Of a stretch of 38,307 nucleotides of DNA, positions 26,868 through 36,738 are shown one piece after another; the first letter of the stretch is position 1; each line of letters opens with the position of its first letter. Source of the DNA: a virus. Its lineage: Duplodnaviria; Caudoviricetes. A model generated the notes under the pieces. The model made no database searches, had not been told where the DNA came from, and saw only the letters and a program-made list of their open reading frames with translations. The position numbers and the translations under genes are program-made. The DNA lies in IMG/VR virus record IMGVR_UViG_3300018018_000019, positions 1 to 38,307 of that record. One strand, 5' to 3'.

Positions 26868-27392
26868 ATGTGGGTAAAAATTAACGAAGCTTACGCAGGC
26901 CCGCTGGGTATATTCATTGCCGGCCAGAAATACGACATTTCCGGTCCTCTCAAAGATAAACTTATCAAAGCTCTCGGCAAAGGCGCCGTCATCCCCACTT
27001 GTGCTCCCTGGGAAGAAAAAATAGATACAAAAGCAATCGAGGCCAACAAACTGAAGGCCCAGGCAAACGAGGCGATATCGCAGGTCGAGCATTTGTGGGC
27101 GAAGATTAAATCTTGTGTGGATCACTTGAATGCTTATACCGACCAAGCCAAATCAAACAAGGAAGCTCTCGATAAAGCTATAAAACATAAAGCCAAAAAC
27201 CAGAATGAGCTTCACGTTAAATGCAAAATTGGGATGGGCTATTCTTTGATTGCCGAAGGCGAACTCGCCCTGGCTGAATTGGAGTTAAAAGATGCAGAAC
27301 AAACAGCAACCGAACTCGCGGCAAAAGCCGGAATTGAGTTCAAGCCGGCAGGAGCCGCAGAAACAAAAGCAGCAGGAAACGCCCAAAGATAA
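26868..27392 (+). CDS. Hypothetical coiled-coil protein
   Basis: 174 aa, AAGGA RBS, Ala/Lys/Glu-rich helices. Confidence 0.7.
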   Translation: MWVKINEAYAGPLGIFIAGQKYDISGPLKDKLIKALGKGAVIPTCAPWEEKIDTKAIEANKLKAQANEAISQVEHLWAKIKSCVDHLNAYTDQAKSNKEALDKAIKHKAKNQNELHVKCKIGMGYSLIAEGELALAELELKDAEQTATELAAKAGIEFKPAGAAETKAAGNAQR

Positions 27393-27547
27393 GCAGTTCC
27401 GGACAGATAGAAATTCGGATTACGTAACGAAGTGAAGTCTCGCATAGCGAGATAAAACAAAATAGTGAAGCGAAACAAAGTGTGAAGCCTTGCAAAATCT
27501 CGGCTTCCGAGAAAGCCCCGACAGCCGGGTGAAAAGGAATACGAATT

Positions 27548-28093
27548 ATGAAAAAGATACTTATTCTGGTAGCGATGGTGTTGATGCTTTTTGTTTGCCG
27601 GGCACAGGCGGCCTACGACAAAACGGGTTTTCAAACTTCCGAAGCCAGGAAGGCAATATCAGAAGACATAACCGGACTTGAATACGACTCAAGGTTGGGT
27701 ATTTTCAGACTGACCTCCGGTTATTTTATCCCAACTGACGCCAACACAAAACAGTCACAACTTACTAATATTACTGATGTCAATGTGAGGGATATCAACG
27801 CCCGCAATATCGATGCTTGCGATGTGAATATAAAAGGGACATTGATAGGCGTTACGGCGGCGAATTTAAGAACATTATTGGGCGAGGTAAGAGGCGCTAC
27901 CGGCGCATTGACTGGCGATAAAGTAATAACACATGGATTAGGGGCTGATCCTAATGTCATTGCACAGACGCCGGACCCGAATGTTAAGATAAAAGTTATA
28001 GCTCATGATGCCACCACATTTACTCTTCGGCCTTTGGATGTTAACGATATAAATATTGCCGCTACAAATGCCTCTTGGATTGCATGGAAATGA
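27548..28093 (+). CDS. Secreted fibre-like protein with D-x-N motifs
   Basis: Signal peptide MKKILILVAMVLMLFVCRAQA; eight D-x-N plus one DAC; VITHGLG...TTFTL fibre-tip-like end. Confidence 0.75.
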   Translation: MKKILILVAMVLMLFVCRAQAAYDKTGFQTSEARKAISEDITGLEYDSRLGIFRLTSGYFIPTDANTKQSQLTNITDVNVRDINARNIDACDVNIKGTLIGVTAANLRTLLGEVRGATGALTGDKVITHGLGADPNVIAQTPDPNVKIKVIAHDATTFTLRPLDVNDINIAATNASWIAWK

Positions 28094-28857
28094 AAATATA
28101 TACAAAATTATTTTTGGTTTTTTTGATCATTCTGTGTTTGTTCAAAACCCAGCCACTTTTCTCAATAGCGAATCCTGCAGGGCCAAGCGGCTCACGATGG
28201 GGCAGCATCCGGGGCGATATCAACGACCAGAATGATCTGAAAACTACCTTAAACGCAAAATTGTCCGGCGTGCCGGATGCCTGTGCTTCACTCTGGAATG
28301 GCAAGACGACTATTGCTGATGCCTGCCAGACCTTATGGAACAGCAAAACCGCCATAGCAGACGCCTGCCAAATATTGTGGAATAATAAAATTTCCGGCGT
28401 GCCGGATGCCTGTGCTTCGCTTTGGAACGGCAAGACAACAATCGCTGATGCATGCCAAACCTTATGGAACGGCAAAAAAGATGTGAATTTATATGATGGC
28501 GATGAGCATCTTCTGGCTACCGTTTATGATGTGAATATGACGGCAGGCGCAGCCGCAACCACTCTTTATACCGCGCCGGGCGATGCGAATTTTATCCCGA
28601 CAAGAGTTTTAATTTACAACGTCAATAACTCTTTGGCGGGAGGATCTTCGTATACTTTTACTGGATTGCCAGCGGGGCAAAATCTCATTTCTATGACCAC
28701 ACCATATACACTGTATCGAATCTTAACTTTGCTCCCCGGTGGCTCTATGGTTACTACTGTCGTCGCCGCCGGAAATCCATTCACAATTACAATAACAACG
28801 GGTTCGACCGCAACTGCATTGGCTACAATCAAAGTTTACGGAGTGCTGATACGATAA
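28090..28857 (+). CDS. Secreted protein with five 14-15 aa DAC..LWN repeats and a beta-rich C-terminus
   Basis: Signal-like N-terminus, WGSIRGDINDQNDL, repeats with synonymous DNA changes; ATGA-coupled. Confidence 0.75.
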   Translation: MKIYTKLFLVFLIILCLFKTQPLFSIANPAGPSGSRWGSIRGDINDQNDLKTTLNAKLSGVPDACASLWNGKTTIADACQTLWNSKTAIADACQILWNNKISGVPDACASLWNGKTTIADACQTLWNGKKDVNLYDGDEHLLATVYDVNMTAGAAATTLYTAPGDANFIPTRVLIYNVNNSLAGGSSYTFTGLPAGQNLISMTTPYTLYRILTLLPGGSMVTTVVAAGNPFTITITTGSTATALATIKVYGVLIR

Positions 28858-29801
28858 TGGCTAAAGAATCGATATATCAGGCCGATGCACTTGAAACAAT
28901 AGATGCCGTTCTTCGTAATGCCCAGACCGGGCAGGTTTGCGTGGTTTCAACCGGCTCATTTGAGGTCTGGGGAACATCTGGTCATACGCGAACTAATTAC
29001 GCAATAGCGCATACAAGCGATGGCGGCTTACTTTATACGGCCGATATGCCTGACAATGTCCCGGTTGGCGATTACTTTTTCGTATATACCGCCCGGCAGG
29101 GCGACTTACCCGCCGATGATGACCCATACAGGGGCCAGTCGCAAGCCAAACACTGGAACGGCAGCGCACTGGTCGATATCCCGGAGGAATCCGGCCGCCA
29201 TCTTTGTCTTCTCGCGGATGTCAAGACCCGCCTGGGCGTAAGCAATACCGATAATGATTTAATCATCGAATCAATCATCGCCGGTATCGACGGCGCCTTC
29301 GATAATTATGTTAATCGGACTCTATTGATGACCGACGCCGACGTAACTGAATATTTCGGCGCTGATCCCGGCTGGCAGCGATTACTCCTCAAGCGATATC
29401 CGATTATCTCGATTACGTCAATCAAGGAGGCCGCCAACTACGACTTCGATTCAGCCGAGGCGCTGGTCGTAAATGAGGATTACCGAATCGTTAACAGTGG
29501 TTTAAACGGCATTATATACCGCATAGACGGCCGCTGGCTCGCGGGGGAGGACGTAATCCAGGTTATTAGTCGCGGCGGCTACTGCGGGGCAGGCGAGACG
29601 CCTTCCACAGGCGAACACGCGATTCCTAATGAATTACGAGAGGCAGCAATCCTGCAGGCGACCTTTATGTTTAAGCGCAAAGACGATATCGGCCTCAATT
29701 CCGTTTCCACGATGGGCGGCTCAATATCGAAATTCGCCGACGTGGAGCTGCTGCCGTTGGTTAAGCAGGTTCTCGACAAATATAAACGACCTTCTTTGTG
29801 A
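28857..29801 (+). CDS. Head-tail connector (gp6-like) with an extra N-terminal domain
   Basis: LCLLADVKTRLGV...DNDLII...LKRYPIISITSI...IPNELREAAI...VKQVLDKYK. Confidence 0.8.
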   Translation: MAKESIYQADALETIDAVLRNAQTGQVCVVSTGSFEVWGTSGHTRTNYAIAHTSDGGLLYTADMPDNVPVGDYFFVYTARQGDLPADDDPYRGQSQAKHWNGSALVDIPEESGRHLCLLADVKTRLGVSNTDNDLIIESIIAGIDGAFDNYVNRTLLMTDADVTEYFGADPGWQRLLLKRYPIISITSIKEAANYDFDSAEALVVNEDYRIVNSGLNGIIYRIDGRWLAGEDVIQVISRGGYCGAGETPSTGEHAIPNELREAAILQATFMFKRKDDIGLNSVSTMGGSISKFADVELLPLVKQVLDKYKRPSL

Positions 29802-30409
29802 GATTGATGCAGATTCAATTAGAACTTGGTCCTGAATTTCAAAAGACACTCGCTGAGTTGAGCGGTCTCGGTGATGCCGTCTCTCGCGCCTGCGGTATCG
29901 GTCTCGGCAAGGCGGTCAAGTTTGCAGCCAACAATGTAATTAAAAATTATCTCACCGGTCAGGCCTTAAAGACCAGGTCTGGCATGTTAAAAAAAGCAGT
30001 TGATGGTTGGCCGGTCAGTGACACTGAAGCTATTGTCGGAGTGCAGCCGAATTCCGCCGTCGATAAATATGCCTGGCTTTTAGGTGATGAGCAAAAAACA
30101 ATTACTCCTGTCAAAGGCAACGCGCTGACAATTCCCATCGATGAGGCACTTACCGGGGCGGGTGTCGCAAAATATCAATCGGTTATGCAGGCCAAACAGA
30201 TGCTCGGCGTCGATATTTTCCGGCTCCCCGGCACAAACGTTCTTGGTTACAAGGTCGGCAAGAAAGGCAAATTCCGTGCCTTATTCATCCTGGTCAAATC
30301 TGTCCTCGTCCAGGGCTCCGGCGCTCTGGCGGATGGCGTCCTCGAATCGACCGACAATATGACAAGTATAATCCAGGAGGAAATCGATAAGGAGATGGGT
30401 AATGGCTAA
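29798..30409 (+). CDS. Neck/tail completion protein (HK97 gp10 or Mu gpG-like)
   Basis: LKTRSGML, KYA, TITPVKGNALTIP; synteny. Confidence 0.65.
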   Translation: MRLMQIQLELGPEFQKTLAELSGLGDAVSRACGIGLGKAVKFAANNVIKNYLTGQALKTRSGMLKKAVDGWPVSDTEAIVGVQPNSAVDKYAWLLGDEQKTITPVKGNALTIPIDEALTGAGVAKYQSVMQAKQMLGVDIFRLPGTNVLGYKVGKKGKFRALFILVKSVLVQGSGALADGVLESTDNMTSIIQEEIDKEMGNG

Positions 30410-30884
30410 CGATGGCGGCTTAGTTGCGATTCTCGCCCAGTGGTTAGCCGATACCCTGAAGGTGTTGACCTATGGCGATGATGATACACTCGTTTTCAAG
30501 ACCGTCGATATCTGGAAGCACCAGGTCGGTATTACCGAAAGTGGCATGGAAGCATCTCTTCGATATTTTCCTTTTGCATTTGTCGGCGCCGGTGATGAGG
30601 ATACCGCCCGCGAGGGCGATAATGACCTGCGAAGGATTTTTGATTTTAAAATAATCGTTGGTGTTGACTCAAAAGAAGATGGTGTTGCCCTTTGGGGCGA
30701 TGCGAATCATTTAGGCACAAGCAAAATCCGCGATCTGGTTATTGCCGCATTCGATAAGAAACGGCCGGATGGCACGAATATTACCTGTGACGAATTTTAT
30801 TATGCCGGCGGTCTGGAACTTCTTGACCAGCCGAAACGTCACTGGATTCGATTAACTTTTGAAGTAAGTCAAATGAAATATTAA
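30402..30884 (+). CDS. Putative tail terminator
   Basis: 160 aa, FPFAFV motif, just before the tail tube gene. Confidence 0.6.
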   Translation: MANDGGLVAILAQWLADTLKVLTYGDDDTLVFKTVDIWKHQVGITESGMEASLRYFPFAFVGAGDEDTAREGDNDLRRIFDFKIIVGVDSKEDGVALWGDANHLGTSKIRDLVIAAFDKKRPDGTNITCDEFYYAGGLELLDQPKRHWIRLTFEVSQMKY

Positions 30885-30910
30885 TCTTTTAGGATTTTAG
30901 GAGTCCGATT

Positions 30911-31819
30911 ATGACAACAATAAACAGACGTGTTTTCAGTCCTCAGGCGATGACGATTAACGGAATCGCCGTCGGCGGAATATTGACTGTCGCAATCTCA
31001 GAAGGTCACGATAATGCCGCCCGCAGCTCGCCTGATGGTTTTCAGGTCCAGGTCGTTGATAAATTCGACCAATTCTGCCGTGGGACAATTACCGTCCAGG
31101 ATTGGCCCGATGCGATATCGCTTTTGACTGGCACGCTCAGCACCTGCGTTTTCTGGGAGAGAAAATCTGGCACTCCCGACGCGACGGGTTATATCAAGCA
31201 CACGCTTACCAATCCCGTCATTCACAAGATTGCGATATCCATCAATAAGGGCGGTTACGCGACGGTTTCAGCCGATTTCGAATGCCGAGCCGCCTCCGAC
31301 ACGGATACGCTTGCCGTTATGCACGCGATGCTCGATTCACAGGCGGCCCCAACCGCTCTCGTGCCGGCGCTTGGCGGCTGGCGTGTCGTCTCGGCCGTTT
31401 ACGGCGGAACGTTAAATCTTTATCACGTTACCGGCTTTAATTTCTCAATTACGTTGCCGTTAATCAAGGATAGCAACGATGCCGACCTTGCATATACCGC
31501 CGTCGATGCCTGTCTCGACGGCATTCAGGCGACCGGTTCAATCAACTTCCAGGATTCCGGCATTGCCACTACCGAACTTACCAGCCAGCAGTTATTGCTC
31601 GCCGCCCTCGGCAATCTTGTAATCACGGTAAAGCAGGCGCAAGGCGCTACCAATAAAGTTATTACTATTATGAGGACTACTTTTCTTACCGACAGTGGTA
31701 ATTCAGGCGGAAATGTTTACGCCGGCCATTCGATTCCCTTTGAGGTCACCAATAATCTGACAACCCCGTTGACCCTGGCCGGCACGAACAAGATTATTGT
31801 GATATCCGATGCGGCGTAG
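30911..31819 (+). CDS. Major tail tube protein
   Basis: Thr/Ala/Gly beta-rich, AGGAG RBS, between terminator and tape measure. Confidence 0.7.
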   Translation: MTTINRRVFSPQAMTINGIAVGGILTVAISEGHDNAARSSPDGFQVQVVDKFDQFCRGTITVQDWPDAISLLTGTLSTCVFWERKSGTPDATGYIKHTLTNPVIHKIAISINKGGYATVSADFECRAASDTDTLAVMHAMLDSQAAPTALVPALGGWRVVSAVYGGTLNLYHVTGFNFSITLPLIKDSNDADLAYTAVDACLDGIQATGSINFQDSGIATTELTSQQLLLAALGNLVITVKQAQGATNKVITIMRTTFLTDSGNSGGNVYAGHSIPFEVTNNLTTPLTLAGTNKIIVISDAA

Positions 31820-31867
31820 GCCGTCTGAGTGGCCGGAGTCTCGTGAGCCGAATGTAGGCGAATGAGG

Positions 31868-31907
31868 CGCTAAACGCTAAATACTATCGACTATTGACTA
31901 ACGACTG
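31868..31907 (+). repeat. Heptamer tandem repeat
   Basis: CGCTAAA CGCTAAA TACTATC GACTATT GACTAAC. Confidence 0.65.
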
Positions 31908-31908
31908 A

Positions 31909-33498
31909 ATGGCTAAAGACGTAAATATACACGTTAAAACGGAAGGCACGCAACAAGTCCAACAGGACTTACAAGGCCTTAATCAAGATGTCAACAGAGT
32001 CGGTGATAACATCGAGCAGATGGGCAGCCGTTCCTCGCGTGCGATGGAATGGTTTGGCAATGGCCTAAAATCTCTTGCCGGTCCTCTCGGCTTTGCTGCG
32101 CTTATAGGAGTTGTTTCAAACGCAGCAGGTAAAATATCGCAATTTTTTGAAGACCTGAAAAACCGTTGCGATGAATCTGTTAATAAACTCCAAAATCTGC
32201 GAAAAGGTTTTGAAGGCATTTTTGAAGCAATGGGTGCCTTTGATGAAAAAGGCCGTAAAGATATTACTAAAGGGACGATTGAGCTTCTTAACAAAACTGC
32301 GGTTTCGCCGGAAATCGGCTTACCTGTTATTGAGGCATATACTCGACAGTTTAAGGGACTTGTTCAAAGCGGTAAATTATCTCCCGAACAATACCAGCAA
32401 GGATTAGAGGAAATGCTCGGTTATTCGGCTCGTCGCGGCCAAGGCGGTGCCACTCCAGAATTAATTACCTTAATGGCTGGTTTGGGTATGAATACCCCTG
32501 AGCAACAAGGCACATTTAGAAGGCAGATAGGGGCAGTATCAAAAGCCACCGGATTGAAGGATGCGGAAATAATTGAATCTTTGGGTCGGTCATCTCCTAC
32601 CGCAAAAGTAATGGGCTGGCAGCCGGATGAAGCGCTTAATGCTATCGGTATAATTGCGGGCGGTGAAATTGGCCGTAAAAGATTGACATTGCCTGCCGCC
32701 ACACTCGAAGCCCTTGTTAATCCTCAATTACAAAAAGAAGATTTCCTAAAATATAGAATCTCGCCTCAGCAGGCAGAAAATCCGGCTCAATTATTCGCAT
32801 TATTGGCGGCGAAACAAGGAACAATGGACGAACAGTCCTTTGGCCGAATGCTCAAGAATGTTTATGGTCCTGAGGGCGCCGCTGGGGTATATAAATTACT
32901 CAAATCACCTGGTGGAGGGCTTACCGAGGCAATAAACGGGGCTGCGACGCCGCAAGCTGCTTCCGCAGAAATGGCCGATGAAATAGCGTCCCGTCAGACA
33001 AAAGAACGCCTTGCAGCAAAAACGCAAATGACAGCGGCGGGAATATACGAAACGCCCGGCAATGAATTCTTTTATAAAAAACAAGTCAGAGAGATAGGGG
33101 CGGAAGAATTAGAAAAGCTACGCATTGAGCATCCTTATCTTCAAAAAATATTTGAAATTCTGAATCCTGGTTATGCTGGCGGTATTATCCCAGGAAAAAT
33201 AACCGGCATTTTCAAAACAGAAGAGATAAATAAAGAAAACGCTGCTTTTGTAAAGTGGTTTTTGAGTCTTAGCGATGAAGAAAAACAGGAAATACTTAGT
33301 AAAACAAAAGCACCTTTAGGCGGCATTGGCGGAGACGTTTTGCAATTAAAAAATTATTATAACAGTATGACTCCACAGGAACAATATCAGGATTTGACAC
33401 GACAGGGTGATATGCACATTCATTACCACAACGATATGATTATCCAACCAAACATCAACCCAATCGAGAAAGAGCGAAACGATAGAAGTTTTAAATAA
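31909..33498 (+). CDS. Tape measure protein, short
   Basis: MAKDVNIHVKTEG start, helical Ala/Gly-rich body, C-terminal MHIHYHND. Confidence 0.75.
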   Translation: MAKDVNIHVKTEGTQQVQQDLQGLNQDVNRVGDNIEQMGSRSSRAMEWFGNGLKSLAGPLGFAALIGVVSNAAGKISQFFEDLKNRCDESVNKLQNLRKGFEGIFEAMGAFDEKGRKDITKGTIELLNKTAVSPEIGLPVIEAYTRQFKGLVQSGKLSPEQYQQGLEEMLGYSARRGQGGATPELITLMAGLGMNTPEQQGTFRRQIGAVSKATGLKDAEIIESLGRSSPTAKVMGWQPDEALNAIGIIAGGEIGRKRLTLPAATLEALVNPQLQKEDFLKYRISPQQAENPAQLFALLAAKQGTMDEQSFGRMLKNVYGPEGAAGVYKLLKSPGGGLTEAINGAATPQAASAEMADEIASRQTKERLAAKTQMTAAGIYETPGNEFFYKKQVREIGAEELEKLRIEHPYLQKIFEILNPGYAGGIIPGKITGIFKTEEINKENAAFVKWFLSLSDEEKQEILSKTKAPLGGIGGDVLQLKNYYNSMTPQEQYQDLTRQGDMHIHYHNDMIIQPNINPIEKERNDRSFK

Positions 33499-33501
33499 AA
33501 A

Positions 33502-33894
33502 ATGGCAACTGCCCTGACAACTGCTTTTGGTTTTGAGATAAACGTCTCCGACCAGCCGAGAATCGCCGAGATTCAGTTTGTCGGTTTCCCCGGCGCCCAC
33601 GGTGTTACCTCGATGCACTTAGGCACTCGAGGCAGGCCGTTTAAAATTACCGGCAAGCTCGCAACTACCGGCAACGGCTTCGATGCCGCATTAGCCAATC
33701 TCAAGACCTGGATTGCCGAGCTCGAGCTTTTAACTTATTCACCCGCCGCCGATTACACATATCACGGACAGACCTTCAGCAATCTTCAGTTTATCAAACT
33801 GGACATCATCGCCGACGGATCAGGCAGGCAATATCATTTTACTTCAGCCAACGTATTTTGTAATTTCGTTATGCACGGGCATATCCTGATATGA
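33502..33894 (+). CDS. Distal tail protein-like
   Basis: FPGAHG...GTRGRPFKITGKL; follows the tape measure. Confidence 0.6.
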   Translation: MATALTTAFGFEINVSDQPRIAEIQFVGFPGAHGVTSMHLGTRGRPFKITGKLATTGNGFDAALANLKTWIAELELLTYSPAADYTYHGQTFSNLQFIKLDIIADGSGRQYHFTSANVFCNFVMHGHILI

Positions 33895-36161
33895 CAACAC
33901 CGGATTCTAAAACTTTAAGCAGGACAGGCCAGCGGCTCATCGTCGAGTATCGTAAGGCCTTCGGCAACCCGCCCAAATATCCGCCCGCGTGGCAGCCGCT
34001 CTGGGATGTCAAGGTTGACCGTATCGAAATCAATCAGGGTGCAAAGCCGTCAGTTGCGACAATCTGGTTTCCCGACACTCGCTGGGATAAAAATCCTCCT
34101 ATTTCACTCGGCGACACTATTCATATTCGGACCGACCAGCAAAATCCTGAAAATCGGACGATTCTTTTTGTCGGCTATGTCACTAATCACCCCGTCGAAT
34201 TTTCAGGCGGCTCTGCAAGTCCGGGCGCCGGCTTCGAGCGTAACGCCCTTGTCTGTATGGATCATCGCTGGGTTTTCGCGGCCTGCTCGATTATATTCGG
34301 TCAAATCAGCCGCAGCCCTGATGATTATATGGTATTTACGCCTTCTGAACCGATTCCCGACAGATACACATATTTGACCGGTCAGCGCTTGATTTTCAAT
34401 CCCAACGGCAAATCAAATATGGACCCGCAGGAATTGACCAGCGATTTAAGGCCGCCTTTCCCCGATATGCCGATTTTCTGCAATCCCGGCAATAAGACGG
34501 CGTTATCCTGGACCGCACGCGATATGATTCGCTATATATTGTCCCCTCGCTGGCGTAAAATCTCACAATATCTCCCCATCGAAGACCCCGCCGCCATAAC
34601 AGGGCTTGAGGTTATGGCCGATAGCTCCGAGGACAAGAAAAATTGGGGCAAAATCCTTAAACATATTGTTATCGATGGTATCAATACCATCGAGGCGCTC
34701 GAGGTCGTATGCCGGCACGTCGGCTGGGATTTCCGGCTCGATTACACAAATGATGGCTCGACCAATTTTGTTTTTTACAAAGTCGGCGTCCGTGACAAAT
34801 TAGAACGGTCAGATAGTCCCGTTATAAGCCATTCTCTTCACGCCCCGGCCGTAGGCGAAGATATATCCGCCGCCGTCGCCGAAGGCCGCAAAATGCTCTG
34901 CTCGATGTCTTTGAGTCAGGATATCGCCCCTGTCATAAATAATCCCTTCGCTCTCGGAGCTCCTCATCGTTTCGAGTTCACCGCTGAATTGGTCCCGGCC
35001 TGGATGGATTATTATCTGGCGTTTGATATACAGGACCTCTCCAAATTATTTTATACTGATGCCGACCTGCAGAAGATTTCCAATCCCGATTCACTTACGT
35101 ATTATTCTTTTTATCATTCTCGCGGCTCACATTACAATCAAAATGCTAATTACCGCAACGTCGGCCGCAAATGGGCGCTCAATGAAGCCGGAACTTATAC
35201 CGACCCATTTACCGTCCCTGACGATGGCAAGCAGCATTATGATCGCGGACAACCCTTCGATTGGGATACCGTTCTGCCCGCCGATTATATTCTTGATAAA
35301 ATAACCGGCCGGCGTATGTTCGCCCGTTATAATCGCCGTTTGCTTCCCTGCCTGACTGTCCTGCAGGATGGCCTTAGCTCGGTCGGAATCAAGCTCGAAT
35401 TCAGTTTCGATGGTGGAGTAAACTGGCAGATCATTCCCTGCTCGGTTCGTCTATTAGATAGCGAATGTGGAATTTATATTGATGAGCCAAATATTGCCGA
35501 AATCGTCGACAAGGCCGAAGGATTTTTACCCAGCGGTTCCGCTGGCGGTATCCTGCATGGACAATCGTTAAATTTGTTCACGTCGCTTTGCGATGACCGG
35601 GTCAATACCAATGATTTTTTGACCGGCCTTCCTCTCGGTCATAATCGCCGATTCAAGGATGGCCAGTGGCGCACCCGATGCCGTATTACAGCCAGCGTCC
35701 AGATGGACCTGCGCGTTATCGCTATGGGGATTCCCTCGCCTTCCTCCGGCTCTCCTTTCGACCAGTCCCAGATTTACGACTGGAGTGATAAATACGGTCT
35801 GTCCAAGCGAGCCGATTCCAGCACTTATAAATCCAGTTTTCTTAATGCCCGCGAGGTCGATTCCCGCGATGAGGCGACCGCCCACGTGGACGCTATTCGC
35901 CGCAATAATGAAGATATGTCAATCAGCGGCCGCTTTACGCTGGATAGATTGTGGTTGGGAGATGGCCAAGGTGTCCCGGCTTTTATGGTTGGTGACGCCG
36001 TAAGCGGCATTACCGGCCGGGAGTATATGCTTGATAATTTGACCTTTGAGGGCGGCAAGACCTCGCCGGAAATTATTCAGATTATTTATCTGCCCGAAAT
36101 GCAAAAACAAGTCCTGATTACCCGCGACCTTCGTTATGCGGCCAATAAAGTTGACGTATGA
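33891..36161 (+). CDS. Baseplate hub/tail tip protein
   Basis: 756 aa; LGDTIHI, ILFVGYV, TIEALEVVC, FMVGDAVSGI hub-like motifs; synteny. Confidence 0.65.
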   Translation: MTTPDSKTLSRTGQRLIVEYRKAFGNPPKYPPAWQPLWDVKVDRIEINQGAKPSVATIWFPDTRWDKNPPISLGDTIHIRTDQQNPENRTILFVGYVTNHPVEFSGGSASPGAGFERNALVCMDHRWVFAACSIIFGQISRSPDDYMVFTPSEPIPDRYTYLTGQRLIFNPNGKSNMDPQELTSDLRPPFPDMPIFCNPGNKTALSWTARDMIRYILSPRWRKISQYLPIEDPAAITGLEVMADSSEDKKNWGKILKHIVIDGINTIEALEVVCRHVGWDFRLDYTNDGSTNFVFYKVGVRDKLERSDSPVISHSLHAPAVGEDISAAVAEGRKMLCSMSLSQDIAPVINNPFALGAPHRFEFTAELVPAWMDYYLAFDIQDLSKLFYTDADLQKISNPDSLTYYSFYHSRGSHYNQNANYRNVGRKWALNEAGTYTDPFTVPDDGKQHYDRGQPFDWDTVLPADYILDKITGRRMFARYNRRLLPCLTVLQDGLSSVGIKLEFSFDGGVNWQIIPCSVRLLDSECGIYIDEPNIAEIVDKAEGFLPSGSAGGILHGQSLNLFTSLCDDRVNTNDFLTGLPLGHNRRFKDGQWRTRCRITASVQMDLRVIAMGIPSPSSGSPFDQSQIYDWSDKYGLSKRADSSTYKSSFLNAREVDSRDEATAHVDAIRRNNEDMSISGRFTLDRLWLGDGQGVPAFMVGDAVSGITGREYMLDNLTFEGGKTSPEIIQIIYLPEMQKQVLITRDLRYAANKVDV

Positions 36162-36634
36162 GCGCCAATATAACCTTACAATTCGTTGCACCTTTCGATT
36201 CGCAGCCGGGCGATTACGCGGAGTTATGCGGTAATGGAGGCGCTGGCGATATCGATTACGAAGCGCCGCTTCTCGGCGGCCGCAGGTTCGATTTATGCCC
36301 GCAGGGTGGCGGCGTTTATGGCTGGGGCTTTGCCCCTTGGGGAGATTTTCCATGGGGCGACTGCCTGGCTGTTCGATGCCTCGGCTGGGGCGAATTGCCG
36401 TGGGGATTTTTCCCGTGGGGTTATGGCGGCATTCTGATTGAGGCGATTGTCAAAGTCGATTTCTGCGGCGACTACAAATTCGCCTTTGCCGCCTTCGATT
36501 CTTTGGACAATCCCGACGTGGGCGACCCGGAGGAAATAACTGTCGAGGTCCACACCGCCCCGCCCACCCCCACGGGCCTGCGTAAAGTAAGTTATGACCC
36601 GGATACCGATATCCTGGTCCTGGAGGCCGCGTAA
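36158..36634 (+). CDS. FN3-like tail protein with a Trp-Gly repeat insert
   Basis: GWGFAPWGDFPWG...GWGELPWGFFPWG; YKFAFAAFDSLDN; PPTPTGL. Confidence 0.65.
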   Translation: MSANITLQFVAPFDSQPGDYAELCGNGGAGDIDYEAPLLGGRRFDLCPQGGGVYGWGFAPWGDFPWGDCLAVRCLGWGELPWGFFPWGYGGILIEAIVKVDFCGDYKFAFAAFDSLDNPDVGDPEEITVEVHTAPPTPTGLRKVSYDPDTDILVLEAA

Positions 36635-36685
36635 TTTTTTTAGACACAGATTAACACGGTTCTTTAAAAAGTTAAGAGAGTTTGA

Positions 36686-36719
36686 TAAAAAAAAGGCCGC
36701 CGATTATTCGGCGGCCTTT
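36686..36719 (-). terminator. Intrinsic terminator, possibly bidirectional, between convergent units
   Basis: AAAAAAAAGGCCGCCGA-TTAT-TCGGCGGCCTTT. Confidence 0.85.
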
Positions 36720-36738
36720 GGGGACATTCCTTTGATTT

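Noticed and set aside
28264-28470. CRISPR array or DGR template/variable repeat pair
   Set aside because: In-frame coding repeat with synonymous, not adenine-specific, differences; no unique spacers, cas genes or reverse transcriptase
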